A stretch of DNA of 64,000 bases, taken from assembly GCF_009914755.1 (NCBI RefSeq), contig NC_060925.1; one strand, written 5' to 3'. This stretch comes from the human T2T-CHM13v2.0 reference genome, Homo sapiens. Of the stretch, positions 16,101-30,246 are shown one piece after another (within the stretch, counting starts at the first letter, position 1; each line of letters opens with the position of its first letter). Under the pieces are notes generated by a model. It had not been told where the DNA came from. It did not search any database and was given only the letters and a program-made list of their open reading frames with translations. The position numbers and the translations under genes are program-made.

Positions 16101-16535
16101 GAATGGAATCATTGAATGGACTCGAAAGGGATCATGATTGAATGGAATTGAATGGAATCATCGAATGGTCTCGATTGGAATCATTATCAAATGGAATCGA
16201 ATGGAATCACCGAATAGAATCGAATGGAATTATCATCGAATGGAATCGAATGGAATTATCCTCCAATGGAATCGAATGGAATTATCGAATGCAATCGAAT
16301 GGAATTATCGAATGCAATCGAATAGAATCATCGAATGGACTCGAATGGAATCATCGAATGGAATGAAATGGAACAGTCAATGAACTCGAATGGAATCATC
16401 ATTGAATGGAATCGAATGGAATCATCGAGTGGAATCGAATGGAATTATGATCAAATGGAATCGAATGTAATCATCATCAAATGGAATCAAAAATAACCAT
16501 CATCAATTGGTATTGAATGGAATTGTCATCAAATG
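4104..16535 (+). repeat. Block of SNP-defined unit types X and Y in the order X Y X X Y X Y
   Basis: X markers (GAACTGAATGC, CGAATAGATTCG, GTATTGACTGC) are in units anchored at 4264, 7816, 9592, 13144. Y markers (TCGATTGGAATCATCATCGG, AAATGTAATCATTG, ATCCAATGGTC, CATCCAACGGAAAA, GAATCAAATGGAAAC) are in units at 6040, 11368, 14920. Confidence 0.85.
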
Positions 16536-19500
16536 GAATTCAAAGGAATCATCATCAAATGGAACCGAATGGAATCCTCATTGAATGGAAATGAAAGGGG
16601 TCATCATCTAATGGAATCGCATGGAATCATCATCAAATGGAATCGAATGGAATCATCATCAAATGGAATCTAATGGAATCATTGAACAGAATTGAATGGA
16701 ATCGTCATCGAATGAATTGAATGCAATCATCGAATGGTCTCGAATGGAATCATCTTCTAATGGAAAGGAATGGAATCATCGCATAGAATCGAATGGAACT
16801 ATCATCGAATGGAATCGAATGGTATCAACACCAAACGGAAAAAAACGGAATTATCGAATGGAATCGAAGAGAATCTTCGAACGGACCCGAATGGAATCAT
16901 CTAATGGAATGGAATGGAATAATCCATGGACTCGAATGCAATCATCATCGAATGGAATCGAATGGAATCATCGAATGGACTCGAATGGAATAATCATTGA
17001 ACGGAATCGATTGGAATCATCATCGGATGGAAACGAATGGAATCATCATCGAATGGAAATGAAAGGAGTCATCATCTAATGGAATTGCATGGAATCATCA
17101 TCAAATGGAATCGAATGGAATCAACATCAAATGGAATCAAATGGAATCATTGAACGGAATTGAATGGAATCGTCATCGAATGAATTGACTGCAATCATCG
17201 AATGGTCTCGAATGGAATCATCTTCAAATGGAATGGAATGGAATCATCGCATAGAATCGAATGGAATTATCATCGAATGGAATCGAATGGAATCAACATC
17301 CAACGGAAAAAAACGGAATTATCGAATGGAATCGAAGAGAATCATCGAATGGACCCGAATGGAATCATCTAATGGAATGGAATGGAATAATCCATGGACT
17401 CGAATGCAATCATCATCGAATGGAATCGAATGGAATCATCGAATGGACTCGAATGGAATAATCATTGAACGGAATCGAATGGAATCATCATCGGATGGAA
17501 ATGAATGGAATCATCATCGAATGGAATCGAATAGAATTATGGAATGAAATCCAGTGTGATCATCATCGAATGGACCCGAATGGAATCATCATCCAACGGA
17601 AGCTAATGGAATCAACATCGAATGAATCGAATGGAAACACCATCGAATTGAAACGAATGGAATTATCATGAAATTGAAATGGATGGACTCATCATCGAAT
17701 GGATTCGAATGGAATCATCGAATAAAATTGATTGAAATCATCATCCAATGGAATCGAATGGTATCATTGAATGGAATCGAATGGAATCATCATCAGATGG
17801 AAATGAATGGAATCGTCATAGAATGGAATCGAATGGATTCATTGAATGGAATCAGATGGAATCATCGAATGGACTGGAATGGAATCATTGAATGGACTCG
17901 AAAGGGATCATGATTGAATGGAATTGAATGGAATCATCGAATGGTCTCGATTGGAATCATTATCAAATGGAATCGAATGGAATCACCGAATAGAATCGAA
18001 TGGAACAATCATCGAATGGACTCAAATGGAATTATCCTCCAATGGAATCGAATGGAATTATCGAATGCAATCGAATGGAATTATCGAATGCAATCGAATA
18101 GAATCATCGAATGGACTCGAATGGAATCATCGAATGGAATGGAATGGAACAGTCAATGAACTCGAATGGAATCATCATTGAATGGAATCGAATGGAATCA
18201 TCGAGTGGAATCGAATGGAATTATGATCAAATGGAATCGAATGTAATCATCATCAAATGGAATCAAAAATAACCATCATCAATTGGTATTGAATGGAATT
18301 GTCATCAAATGGAATTCAAAGGAATCATCATCAAATGGAACCGAATGGAATCCTCATTGAATGGAAATGAAAGGGGTCATCATCTAATGGAATCGCATGG
18401 AATCATCATCAAATGGAATCGAATGGAATCATCATCAAATGGAATCTAATGGAATCATTGAACAGAATTGAATGGAATCGTCATCGAATGAATTGAATGC
18501 AATCATCGAATGGTCTCGAATGGAATCATCTTCTAATGGAAAGGAATGGAATCATCGCATAGAATCGAATGGAATTATCATCGAATGGAATCGAATGGTA
18601 TCAACACCAAACGGAAAAAAACGGAATTATCGAATGGAATCGAAGAGAATCTTCGAACGGACCCGAATGGAATCATCTAATGGAATGGAATGGAATAATC
18701 CATGGACTCGAATGCAATCATCATCGAATGGAATGGAATGGAATCATCGAATGGACTCGAATGGAATAATCATTGAACGGAATCGAATGGAATCATCATC
18801 GGATGGAAACGAATGGAATCATCATCGAATGGAAATGAAAGGAGTCATCATCTAATGGAATTGCATGGAATCATCATAAAATGGAATCGAATGGAATCAA
18901 CATCAAATGGAATCAAATGGAATCATTGAACGGAATTGAATGGAATCGTCATCGAATGAATTGACTGCAATCATCGAATGGTCTCGAATGGAATCATCTT
19001 CAAATGGAATGGAATGGAATCATCGCATAGAATCGAATGGAATTATCATCGAATGGAATCGAATGGAATCAACATCAAACGGAAAAAAACGGAATTATCG
19101 AATGGAATCGAAGAGAATCATCGAATGGACCCGAATGGAATCATCTAATGGAATGGAATGGAATAATCCATGGACTCGAATGCAATCATCATCGAATGGA
19201 ATCGAATGGAATCATCGAATGGACTCGAATGGAATAATCATTGAACGGAATCGAATGGAATCATCATCGGATGGAAATGAATGGAATCATCATCGAATGG
19301 AATCGAATAGAATTATGGAATGAAATCCAGTGTGATCATCATCGAATGGACCCGAATGGAATCATCATCCAACGGAAGCTAATGGAATCAACATCGAATG
19401 AATCGAATGGAAACACCATCGAATTGAAACGAATGGAATTATCATGAAATTGAAATGGATGGACTCATCATCGAATGGATTCGAATGGAATCATCGAATA

Positions 19501-20087
19501 AAATTGATTGAAATCATCATCCAATGGAATCGAATGGTATCATTGAATGGAATCGAATGGAATCATCATCAGATGGAAATGAATGGAATCGTCATAGAAT
19601 GGAATCGAATGGATTCATTGAATGGAATCAGATGGAATCATCGAATGGACTGGAATGGAATCATTGAATGGACTCGAAAGGGATCATGATTGAATGGAAT
19701 TGAATGGAATCATCGAATGGTCTCGATTGGAATCATTATCAAATGGAATCGAATGGAATCACCGAATAGAATCGAATGGAACAATCATCGAATGGACTCA
19801 AATGGAATTGTCCTCCAATGGAATCGAATGGAATTATCGAATGCCATCGAATGGAATTATCGAATGCAATCGAATAGAATCATCGAATGGACTCGAATGG
19901 AATCATCGAATGGAATGGAATGGAACAGTCAATGAACTCGAATGGAATCATCATTGAATGGAATCGAATGGAATCATCGAGTGGAATCGAATGGAATTAT
20001 GATCAAATGGAATCGAATGTAATCATCATCAAATGGAATCAAAAATAACCATCATCAATTGGTATTGAATGGAATTGTCATCAAATG

Positions 20088-21395
20088 GAATTCAAAGGAA
20101 TCATCATCAAAAGGAACCGAATGGAATCCTCATTGAATGGAAATGAAAGGGGTCATCATCTAATGGAATCGCATGGAATCATCATCAAATGGAATCGAAT
20201 GGAATCATCATCAAATGGAATCTAATGGAATCATTGAACAGAATTGAATGGAATCGTCATCGAATGAATTGAATGCAATCATCGAATGGTCTCGAATGGA
20301 ATCATCTTCTAATGGAAAGGAATGGAATCATCGCATAGAATCGAATGGAATTATCATCGAATGGAATCGAATGGTATCAACACCAAACGGAAAAAAACGG
20401 AATTATCGAATGGAATCGAAGAGAATCTTCGAACGGACCCGAATGGAATCATCTAATGGAATGGAATGGAATAATCCATGGACTCGAATGCAATCATCAT
20501 CGAATGGAATCGAATGGAATCATCGAATGGACTCGAATGGAATAATCATTGAACGGAATCGAATGGAATCATCATCGGATGGAAATGAATGGAATCATCA
20601 TCGAATGGAATCGAATAGAATTATGGAATGAAATCCAGTGTGACCATCATCGAATGGACCCGAATGGAATCATCATCCAACGGAAGCTAATGGAATCAAC
20701 ATCGAATGAATCGAATGGAAACACCATCGAATTGAAACGAATGGAATTATCATGAAATTGAAATGGATGGACTCATCATCGAATGGATTCGAATGGAATC
20801 ATCGAATAAAATTGATTGAAATCATCATCCAATGGAATCGAATGGTATCATTGAATGGAATCGAATGGAATCATCATCAGATGGAAATGAATGGAATCGT
20901 CATAGAATGGAATCGAATGGATTCATTGAATGGAATCAGATGGAATCATCGAATGGACTGGAATGGAATCATTGAATGGACTCGAAAGGGATCATTATTG
21001 AATGGAATTGAATGGAATCATCGAATGGTCTCGATTGGAATCATTATCAAATGGAATCGAATGGAATCACCGAATAGAATCGAATGGAACAATCATCGAA
21101 TGGACTCAAATGGAATTATCCTCAAATGGAATCGAATGGAATTATCGAATGCAATCGAATGGAATTATCGAATGCAATCGAATAGAATCATCGAATGGAC
21201 TCGAATGGAATCATCGAATGGAATGGAATGGAACAGTCAATGAACTCGAATGGAATCATCATTGAATGGAATCGAATGGAATCATCGAGTGGAATCGAAT
21301 GGAATTATGATCAAATGGAATCGAATGTAATCATCATCAAATGGAATCAAAAATAACCATCATCAATTGGTATTGAATGGAATTGTCATCAAATG
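20088..21395 (+). repeat. 1,308-bp variant unit (one 468-bp subrepeat lost; A/B hybrid)
   Basis: EcoRI spacing 20088 to 21396. A-type sequence (GGTATCAACACC, CTTCGAACGG) runs directly into the post-B sequence GAATAGAATTATGG at ~20615. Confidence 0.93.
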
Positions 21396-24300
21396 GAATT
21401 CAAAGGAATCATCATCAAATGGAACCGAATGGAATCCTCATTGAATGGAAATGAAAGGGGTCATCATCTAATGGAATCGCATGGAATCATCATCAAATGG
21501 AATCGAATGGAATCATCATCAAATGGAATCTAATGGAATCATTGAACAGAATTGAATGGAATCGTCATCGAATGAATTGAATGCAATCATCGAATGGTCT
21601 CGAATGGAATCATCTTCTAATGGAAAGGAATGGAATCATCGCATAGAATCGAATGGAATTATCATCGAATGGAATCGAATGGTATCAACACCAAACGGAA
21701 AAAAACGGAATTATCGAATGGAATCGAAGAGAATCTTCGAACGGACCCGAATGGAATCATCTAATGGAATGGAATGGAATAATCCATGGACTCGAATGCA
21801 ATCATCATCGAATGGAATCGAATGGAATCATCGAATGGACTCGAATGGAATAATCATTGAACGGAATCAAATGGAATCATCATCGGATGGAAACGAATGG
21901 AATCATCATCGAATGGAAATGAAAGGAGTCATCATCTAATGGAATTGCATGGAATCAACATAAAATGGAATCGAATGGAATCAACATCAAATGGAATCAA
22001 ATGGAATCATTGAACGGAATTGAATGGAATCGTCATCGAATGAATTGACTGCAATCATCGAATGGTCTCGAATGGAATCATCTTCAAATGGAATGGAATG
22101 GAATCATCGCATAGAATCGAATGGAATTATCATCGAATGGAATCGAATGGAATCAACATCAAACGGAAAAAAAGGGAATTATCGAATTGAATCGAAGAGA
22201 ATCATCGAATGGACCCGAATGGAATCATCTAATGGAATGGAATGGAATAATCCATGGACTCGAATGCAATCATCATCGAATGGAATCGAATGGAATCATC
22301 GAATGGACTCGAATGGAATAATCATTGAACGGAATCGAATGGAATCATCATCGGATGGAAATGAATGGAATCATCATCGAATGGAATCGAATAGAATTAT
22401 GGAATGAAATCCAGTGTGATCATCATCGAATGGACCCGAATGGAATCATCATCCAACGGAAGCTAATGGAATCAACATCGAATGAATCGAATGGAAACAC
22501 CATCGAATTGAAACGAATGGAATTATCATGAAATTGAAATGGATGGACTCATCATCGAATGGATTCGAATGGAATCATCGAATAAAATTGATTGAAATCA
22601 TCATCCAATGGAATCGAATGGTATCATTGAATGGAATCGAATGGAATCATCATCAGATGGAAATGAATGGAATCGTCATAGAATGGAATCGAATGGATTC
22701 ATTGAATGGAATCAGATGGAATCATCGAATGGACTGGAATGGAATCATTGAATGGACTCGAAAGGGATCATTATTGAATGGAATTGAATGGAATCATCGA
22801 ATGGTCTCGATTGGAATCATTATCAAATGGAATCGAATGGAATCACCGAATAGAATCGAATGGAACAATCATCGAATGGACTCAAATGGAATTATCCTCC
22901 AATGGAATCGAATGGAATTATCGAATGCAATCGAATGGAATTATCGAATGCAATCGAATAGAATCATCGAATGGACTCGAATGGAATCATCGAATGGAAT
23001 GGAATGGAACAGTCAATGAACACGAATGGAATCATCATTGAATGGAATCGAATGGAATCATCGAGTGGAATTGAATGGAATTATGATCAAATGGAATCGA
23101 ATGTAATCATCATCAAATGGAATCAAAAATAACCATCATCAATTGGTATTGAATGGAATTGTCATCAAATGGAATTCAAAGGAATCATCATCAAATGGAA
23201 CCGAATGGAATCCTCATTGAATGGAAATGAAAGGGGTCATCATCTAATGGAATCGCATGGAATCATCATCAAATGGAATCGAATGGAATCATCATCAAAT
23301 GGAATCTAATGGAATCATTGAACAGAATTGAATGGAATCGTCATCGAATGAATTGAATGCAATCATCGAATGGTCTCGAATGGAATCATCTTCTAATGGA
23401 AAGGAATGGAATCATCGCATAGAATCGAATGGAATTATCATCGAATGGAATCGAATGGTATCAACACCAAACGGAAAAAAACGGAATTATCGAATGGAAT
23501 CGAAGAGAATCTTCGAACGGACCCGAATGGAATCATCTAATGGAATGGAATGGAATAATCCATGGACTCGAATGCAATCATCATCGAATGGAATCGAATG
23601 GAATCATCGAATGGACTCGAATGGAATAATCATTGAACGGAATCGATTGGAATCATCATCGGATGGAAACGAATGGAATCATCATCGAAAGGAAATAAAA
23701 GGAGTCATCATCTAATGGAATTGCATGGAATCATCATAAAATGGAATCGAATGGAATCAACATCAAATGGAATCAAATGGAATCATTGAACGGAATTGAA
23801 TGGAATCGTCATCGAATGAATTGACTGCAATCATCGAATGGTCTCGAATGGAATCATCTTCAAATGGAATGGAATGGAATCATCGCATAGAATCGAATGG
23901 AATTATCATCGAATGGAATCGAATGGAATCAACATCAAACGGAAAAAAACGGAATTATCGAATGGAATCGAAGAGAATCATCGAATGGACCCGAATGGAA
24001 TCATCTAATGGAATGGAATGGAATAATCCATGGACTCGAATGCAATCATCATCGAATGGAATCGAATGGAATCATCGAATGGACTCGAATGGAATAATCA
24101 TTGAACGGAATCGAATGGAATCATCATCGGATGGAAATGAATGGAATCATCATCGAATGGAATCGAATAGAATTATGGAATGAAATCCAGTGTGATCATC
24201 ATCGAATGGACCCGAATGGAATCATCATCCAACGGAAGCTAATGGAATCAACATCGAATGAATCGAATGGAAACACCATCGAATTGAAACGAATGGAATT

Positions 24301-24947
24301 ATCATGAAATTGAAATGGATGGACTCATCATCGAATGGATTCGAATGGAATCATCGAATAAAATTGATTGAAATCATCATCCAATGGAATCGAATGGTAT
24401 CATTGAATGGAATCGAATGGAATCATCATCAGATGGAAATGAATGGAATCGTCATAGAATGGAATCGAATGGATTCATTGAATGGAATCAGATGGAATCA
24501 TCGAATGGACTGGAATGGAATCATCGAATGGACTCGAAAGGGATCATGATTGAATGGAATTGAATGGAATCATCGAATGGTCTCGATTGGAATCATTATC
24601 AAATGGAATCGAATGGAATCCCCGAATAGAATCGAATGGAACAATCATCGAATGGACTCAAATGGAATTATCCTCAAATGGAATCGAATGGAATTATCGA
24701 ATGCAATCGAATGGAATTATCGAATGCAATCGAATAGAATCATCGAATGGACTCGAATGGAATCATCGAATGGAATGGAATGGAACAGTCAATGAACGCG
24801 AATGGAATCATCATTGAATGGAATCGAATGGAATCATCGAGTGGAATCGAATGGAATTATGATCAAATGGAATCGAATGTAATCATCATCAAATGGAATC
24901 AAAAATAACCATCATCAATTGGTATTGAATGGAATTGTCATCAAATG

Positions 24948-26720
24948 GAATTCAAAGGAATCATCATCAAATGGAACCGAATGGAATCCTCATTGAATGG
25001 AAATGAAAGGGGTCATCATCTAATGGAATCGCATGGAATCATCATCAAATGGAATCGAATGGAATCATCATCAAATGGAATCTAATGGAATCATTGAACA
25101 GAATTGAATGGAATCGTCATCGAATGAATTGAATGCAATCATCGAATGGTCTCGAATGGAATCATCTTCTAATGGAAAGGAATGGAATCATCGCATAGAA
25201 TCGAATGGAATTATCATCGAATGGAATCGAATGGTATCAACACCAAACGGAAAAAAACGGAATTATCGAATGGAATCGAAGAGAATCTTCGAACGGACCC
25301 GAATGGAATCATCTAATGGAATGGAATGGAATAATCCATGGACTCGAATGCAATCATCATCGAATGGAATCGAATGGAATCATCGAATGGACTCGAATGG
25401 AATAATCATTGAACGGAATCGATTGGAATCATCATCGGATGGAAACGAATGGAATCATCATCGAATGGAAATGAAAGGAGTCATCATCTAATGGAATTGC
25501 ATGGAATCATCATCAAATGGAATCGAATGGAATCAACATCAAATGGAATCAAATGGAATCATTGAACGGAATTGAATGGAATCGTCATCGAATGAATTGA
25601 CTGCAATCATCGAATGGTCTCGAATGGAATCATCTTCAAATGGAATGGAATGGAATCATCGCATAGAATCGAATGGAATTATCATCGAATGGAATCGAAT
25701 GGAATCAACATCAAACGGAAAAAAACGGAATTATCGAATGGAATCGAAGAGAATCATCGAATGGACCCGAATGGAATCATCTAATGGAATGGAATGGAAT
25801 AATCCATGGACTCGAATGCAATCATCATCGAATGGAATCGAATGGAATCATCGAATGGACTCGAATGGAATTATCATTGAACGGAAACGAATGGAATCAT
25901 CGGATGGAAATGAATGGAATCATCATCGAATGGAATCGAATAGAATTATGGAATGAAATCCAGTGTGATCATCATCGAATGGACCCGAATGGAATCATCA
26001 TCCAACGGAAGCTAATGGAATCAACATCGAATGAATCGAATGGAAACACCATCGAATTGAAACGAATGGAATTATCATGAAATTGAAATGGATGGACTCA
26101 TCATCGAATGGATTCGAATGGAATCATCGAATAAAATTGATTGAAATCATCATCGAATGGAATCGAATGGTATCATTGAATGGAATCGAATGGAATCATC
26201 ATCAGATGGAAATGAATGGAATCGTCATAGAATGGAATCGAATGGATTCATTGAATGGAATCAGATGGAATCATCGAATGGACTGGAATGGAATCATTGA
26301 ATGGACTCGAAAGGGATCATGATTGAATGGAATTGAATGGAATCATCGAATGGTCTCGATTGGAATCATTATCAAATGGAATCGAATGGAATCACCGAAT
26401 AGAATCGAATGGAACAATCATCGAATGGACTCAAATGGAATTATCCTCAAATGGAATCGAATGGAATTATCGAATGCAATCGAATGGAATTATCGAATGC
26501 AATCGAATAGAATCATCGAATGGACTCGAACGGAATCATCGAATGGAATGGAATGGAACAGTCAATGAACTCGAATGGAATCATCATTGAATGGAATCGA
26601 ATGGAATCATCGAGTGGAATCGAATGGAATTATGATCAAATGGAATCGAATGTAATCATCATCAAATGGAATCAAAAATAACCATCATCAATTGGTATTG
26701 AATGGAATTGTCATCAAATG
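24948..26720 (+). repeat. 1,773-bp variant unit (3-bp CAT deletion near 25897)
   Basis: GGAATCATCGGATGG replaces GGAATCATCATCGGATGG. Landmark spacing 25108 to 26881 is 1,773. Confidence 0.9.
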
Positions 26721-28496
26721 GAATTCAAAGGAATCATCAACAAATGGAACTGAATGGAATCCTCATTGAATGGAAATGAAAGGGGTCATCATCTAATGGA
26801 ATCGCATGGAATCATCATCAAATGGAATCGAATGGAATCATCATCAAATGGAATCTAATGGAATCATTGAACAGAATTGAATGGAATCGTCATCGAATGA
26901 ATTGAATGCAATCATCGAATGGTCTCGAATGGAATCATCTTCTAAAGGAAATGAATGGAATCATCGCATAGAATCGAATGGAATTAACATTGAATGGACT
27001 CGAATGGAATCAACATCAAATGGAATCAAGCGGAATTATCGAATGGAATCGAAGAGATTCATCGAATGGACTCGAATGGAATCATCTAATGGAATGGAAT
27101 GGAATAATCCATGGACCCGAATGTAATCATCATCGTATAAAATCGAATGGAATCATCGAATGGACTCGAATGGAATAATCATTGAACGGAATCGAATGGA
27201 ATCATCATCGGATGGATACGAATGGAATCATCATCGAATGGAAATGAAAGGAGTCATCATCTAATGGAATTGCATGGAATCATCATAAAATGGAATCGAA
27301 TGGAATCAACATCAAATGGAATCAAATGGAATCATTGAACGGAATTGAATGGAGTCGTCATCGAATGAATTGAATGCAATCATCGAATGGTCTCGAATGG
27401 AATCATCTTCAAATGGAATGGAATGGAATCATCGCATAGAATCGAATGGAATTATCATCGAATGGAATCGAATGGAATCAACCTCAAACGTAAAAAAACG
27501 GAATTATCGAATGGAATCGAAGAGAATCATCGAATGGACCCGAATGGAATCATCTAATGGAATGGAATGGAATAATCCATGGACTCGAATGCAATCATCA
27601 TCGAATGGAATCGAATGGAATCATCGAGTGGACTCGAATGGAATAATCATTGAACGGAATCGAATGGAATCATCATCGGATGGAAATGAATGGAATCATC
27701 ATCGAATGGAATCGAATAGAATTATGGAATGAAATCCAGTGTGATCATCATCGAATGGACCCGAATGGAATCATCATCCACCGGAAGCTAATGGAATCAA
27801 CATGGAATGAATCGAATGGAAACACCATCGAATTGAAACGAATGGAATTATCATGAAATTGAAATGGATGGACTCATCATCGAATGGATTCGAATGGAAT
27901 CATCGAATAAAATTGATTGAAATCATCATCGAATGGAATCGAATGGTATCATTGAATGGAATCGAATGGAATCATCATCAGATGGAAATGAATGGAATCG
28001 TCATAGAATGGAATCGAATGGATTCATTGAATGGAATCAGATGGAATCATCGAATGGACTGGAATGGAATCATTGAATGGACTCGAAAGGGATCATGATT
28101 GAATGGAATTGAATGGAATCATCGAATGGTCTCGATTGGAATCATTATCAAATGGAATCGAATGGAATCACCGAATAGAATCGAATGGAACAATCATCGA
28201 ATGGACTCAAATGGAATTATCCTCCAATGGAATCGAATGGAATTATCGAATGCAATCGAATGGAATTATCGAATGCAATCGAATAGAATCATCGAATGGA
28301 CTCGAATGGAATCATCGAATGGAATGGAATGGAACAGTCAATGAACACGAATGGAATCATCATTGAATGGAATCGAATGGAATCATCGAGTGGAATCGAA
28401 TGGAATTATGATCAAATGGAATCGAATGTAATCATCATCAAATGGAATCAAAAATAACCATAATCAATTGGTATTGAATGGAATTGTCATCAAATG

Positions 28497-30246
28497 GAAT
28501 TCAAAGGAATCATCATCAAATGGAACCGAATGGAATCCTCATTGAATGGAAATGAAAGGGGTCATCATCTAATGGAATCGCATGGAATCATCATCAAATG
28601 GAATCTAATGGAATCATTGAACAGAATTGAATGGAATCGTCATCGAATGAATTGAATGCAATCATCGAATGGTCTCGAATGGAATCATCTTCTAATGCAA
28701 AGGAATGGAATCATCGCATAGAATCGAATGGAATTATCATCAAATGGAATCGAATGGTATCAACACCAAACGGAAAAAAACGGAATTATCGAATGGAATC
28801 GAAGAGAATCTTCGAACGGACCCGAATGGAATCATCTAATGGAATGGAATGGAATAATCCATGGACTCGAATGCAATCATCATCGAATGGAATCGAATGG
28901 AATCATCGAATGGACTCGAATGGAATAATCATTGAACGGAATCGAATGGAATCATCATCAGATGGAAACGAATGGAATCATCATCGAATGGAAATGAAAG
29001 GAGTCATCATCTAATGCAATTGCATGGAATCATCATCAAATGGAATCGAATGGAATCAACATCAAATGGAATCTAATGGAATCATTGAACAGAATTGAAT
29101 GGAATCGTCATCGAATGAATTGACTGCAATCATCGAATGGTCTCGAATGGAATCATCTTCAAATGGAATGGAATGGAATCATCGCATAGAATCGAATGGA
29201 ATTATCATCGAATGGAATCGAATGGAATCAACATCAAACGGAAAAAAACGGAATTATCGAATGGAATCGAAGAGAATCATCGAATGGACCCGAATGGAAT
29301 CATCTAATGGAATGGAATGGAATAATCCATGGACTCGAATGCAATCATCATCGAATGGAATCGAATGGAATCATCGAATGGACTCGAATGGAATAATCAT
29401 TGAACGGAATCGAATGGAATCATCATCGGATGGAAATGAATGGAATCATCATCGAATGGAATCGAATAGAATTATGGAATGAAATCCAGTGTGATCATCA
29501 TCGAATGGACCCGAATGGAATCATCATCCAACGGAAGCTAATGGAATCAACATCGAATGAATCCAATGGAAACATCATCGAATTGAAACGAATGGAATTA
29601 TCATGAAATTGAAATGGATGGACTCATCATCGAATGGATTCGAATGGAATCATCGAATAAAAGTGATTGAAATCATCATCGAATGGAATCGAATGGTATC
29701 ATTGAATGGAATCGAATGGAATCATCATCAGATGGAAATGAATGGAATCGTCATAGAATGGAATCGAATGGATTCATTGAATGGAATCAGATGGAATCAT
29801 CGAATGGACTGGAATGGAATCATTGAATGGACTCGAAAGGGATCATGATTGAATGGAATTGAATGGAATCATCGAATGGTCTCGATTGGAATCATTATCA
29901 AATGGAATCGAATGGAATCACCGAATAGAATCGAATGGAACAATCATCGAATGGACTCAAATGGAATTATCCTCAAATGGAATCGAATGGAATTATCGAA
30001 TGCAATCGAATGGAATTATCGAATGCAATCGAATAGAATCATCGAATGGACTCGAATGGAATCATCGAATGGAATGGAATGGAACAGTCAATGAACTCGA
30101 ATGGAATCATCATTGAATGGAATCGAATGGAATCATCGAGTGGAATCGAATGGAATTATGATCAAATGGAATCGAATGTAATCATCATCAAATGGAATCA
30201 AAAATAACAATCATCAATTGGTATTGAATGGAATTATCATCAAATG
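28497..30246 (+). repeat. 1,750-bp variant unit (one 26-bp monomer deleted near 28590)
   Basis: CGCATGGAATCATCATCAAATGGAATCTAATGG lacks one ATCATCAAATGGAATCGAATGGAATC. EcoRI 28497 to 30247. Confidence 0.9.

Noticed and set aside
26941-27220. Possible transposon or foreign insertion at the diverged patch
   Set aside because: The patch aligns without gaps to subrepeat A and keeps the 468-bp spacing. There is no target-site duplication, poly(A) tail or terminal repeat.
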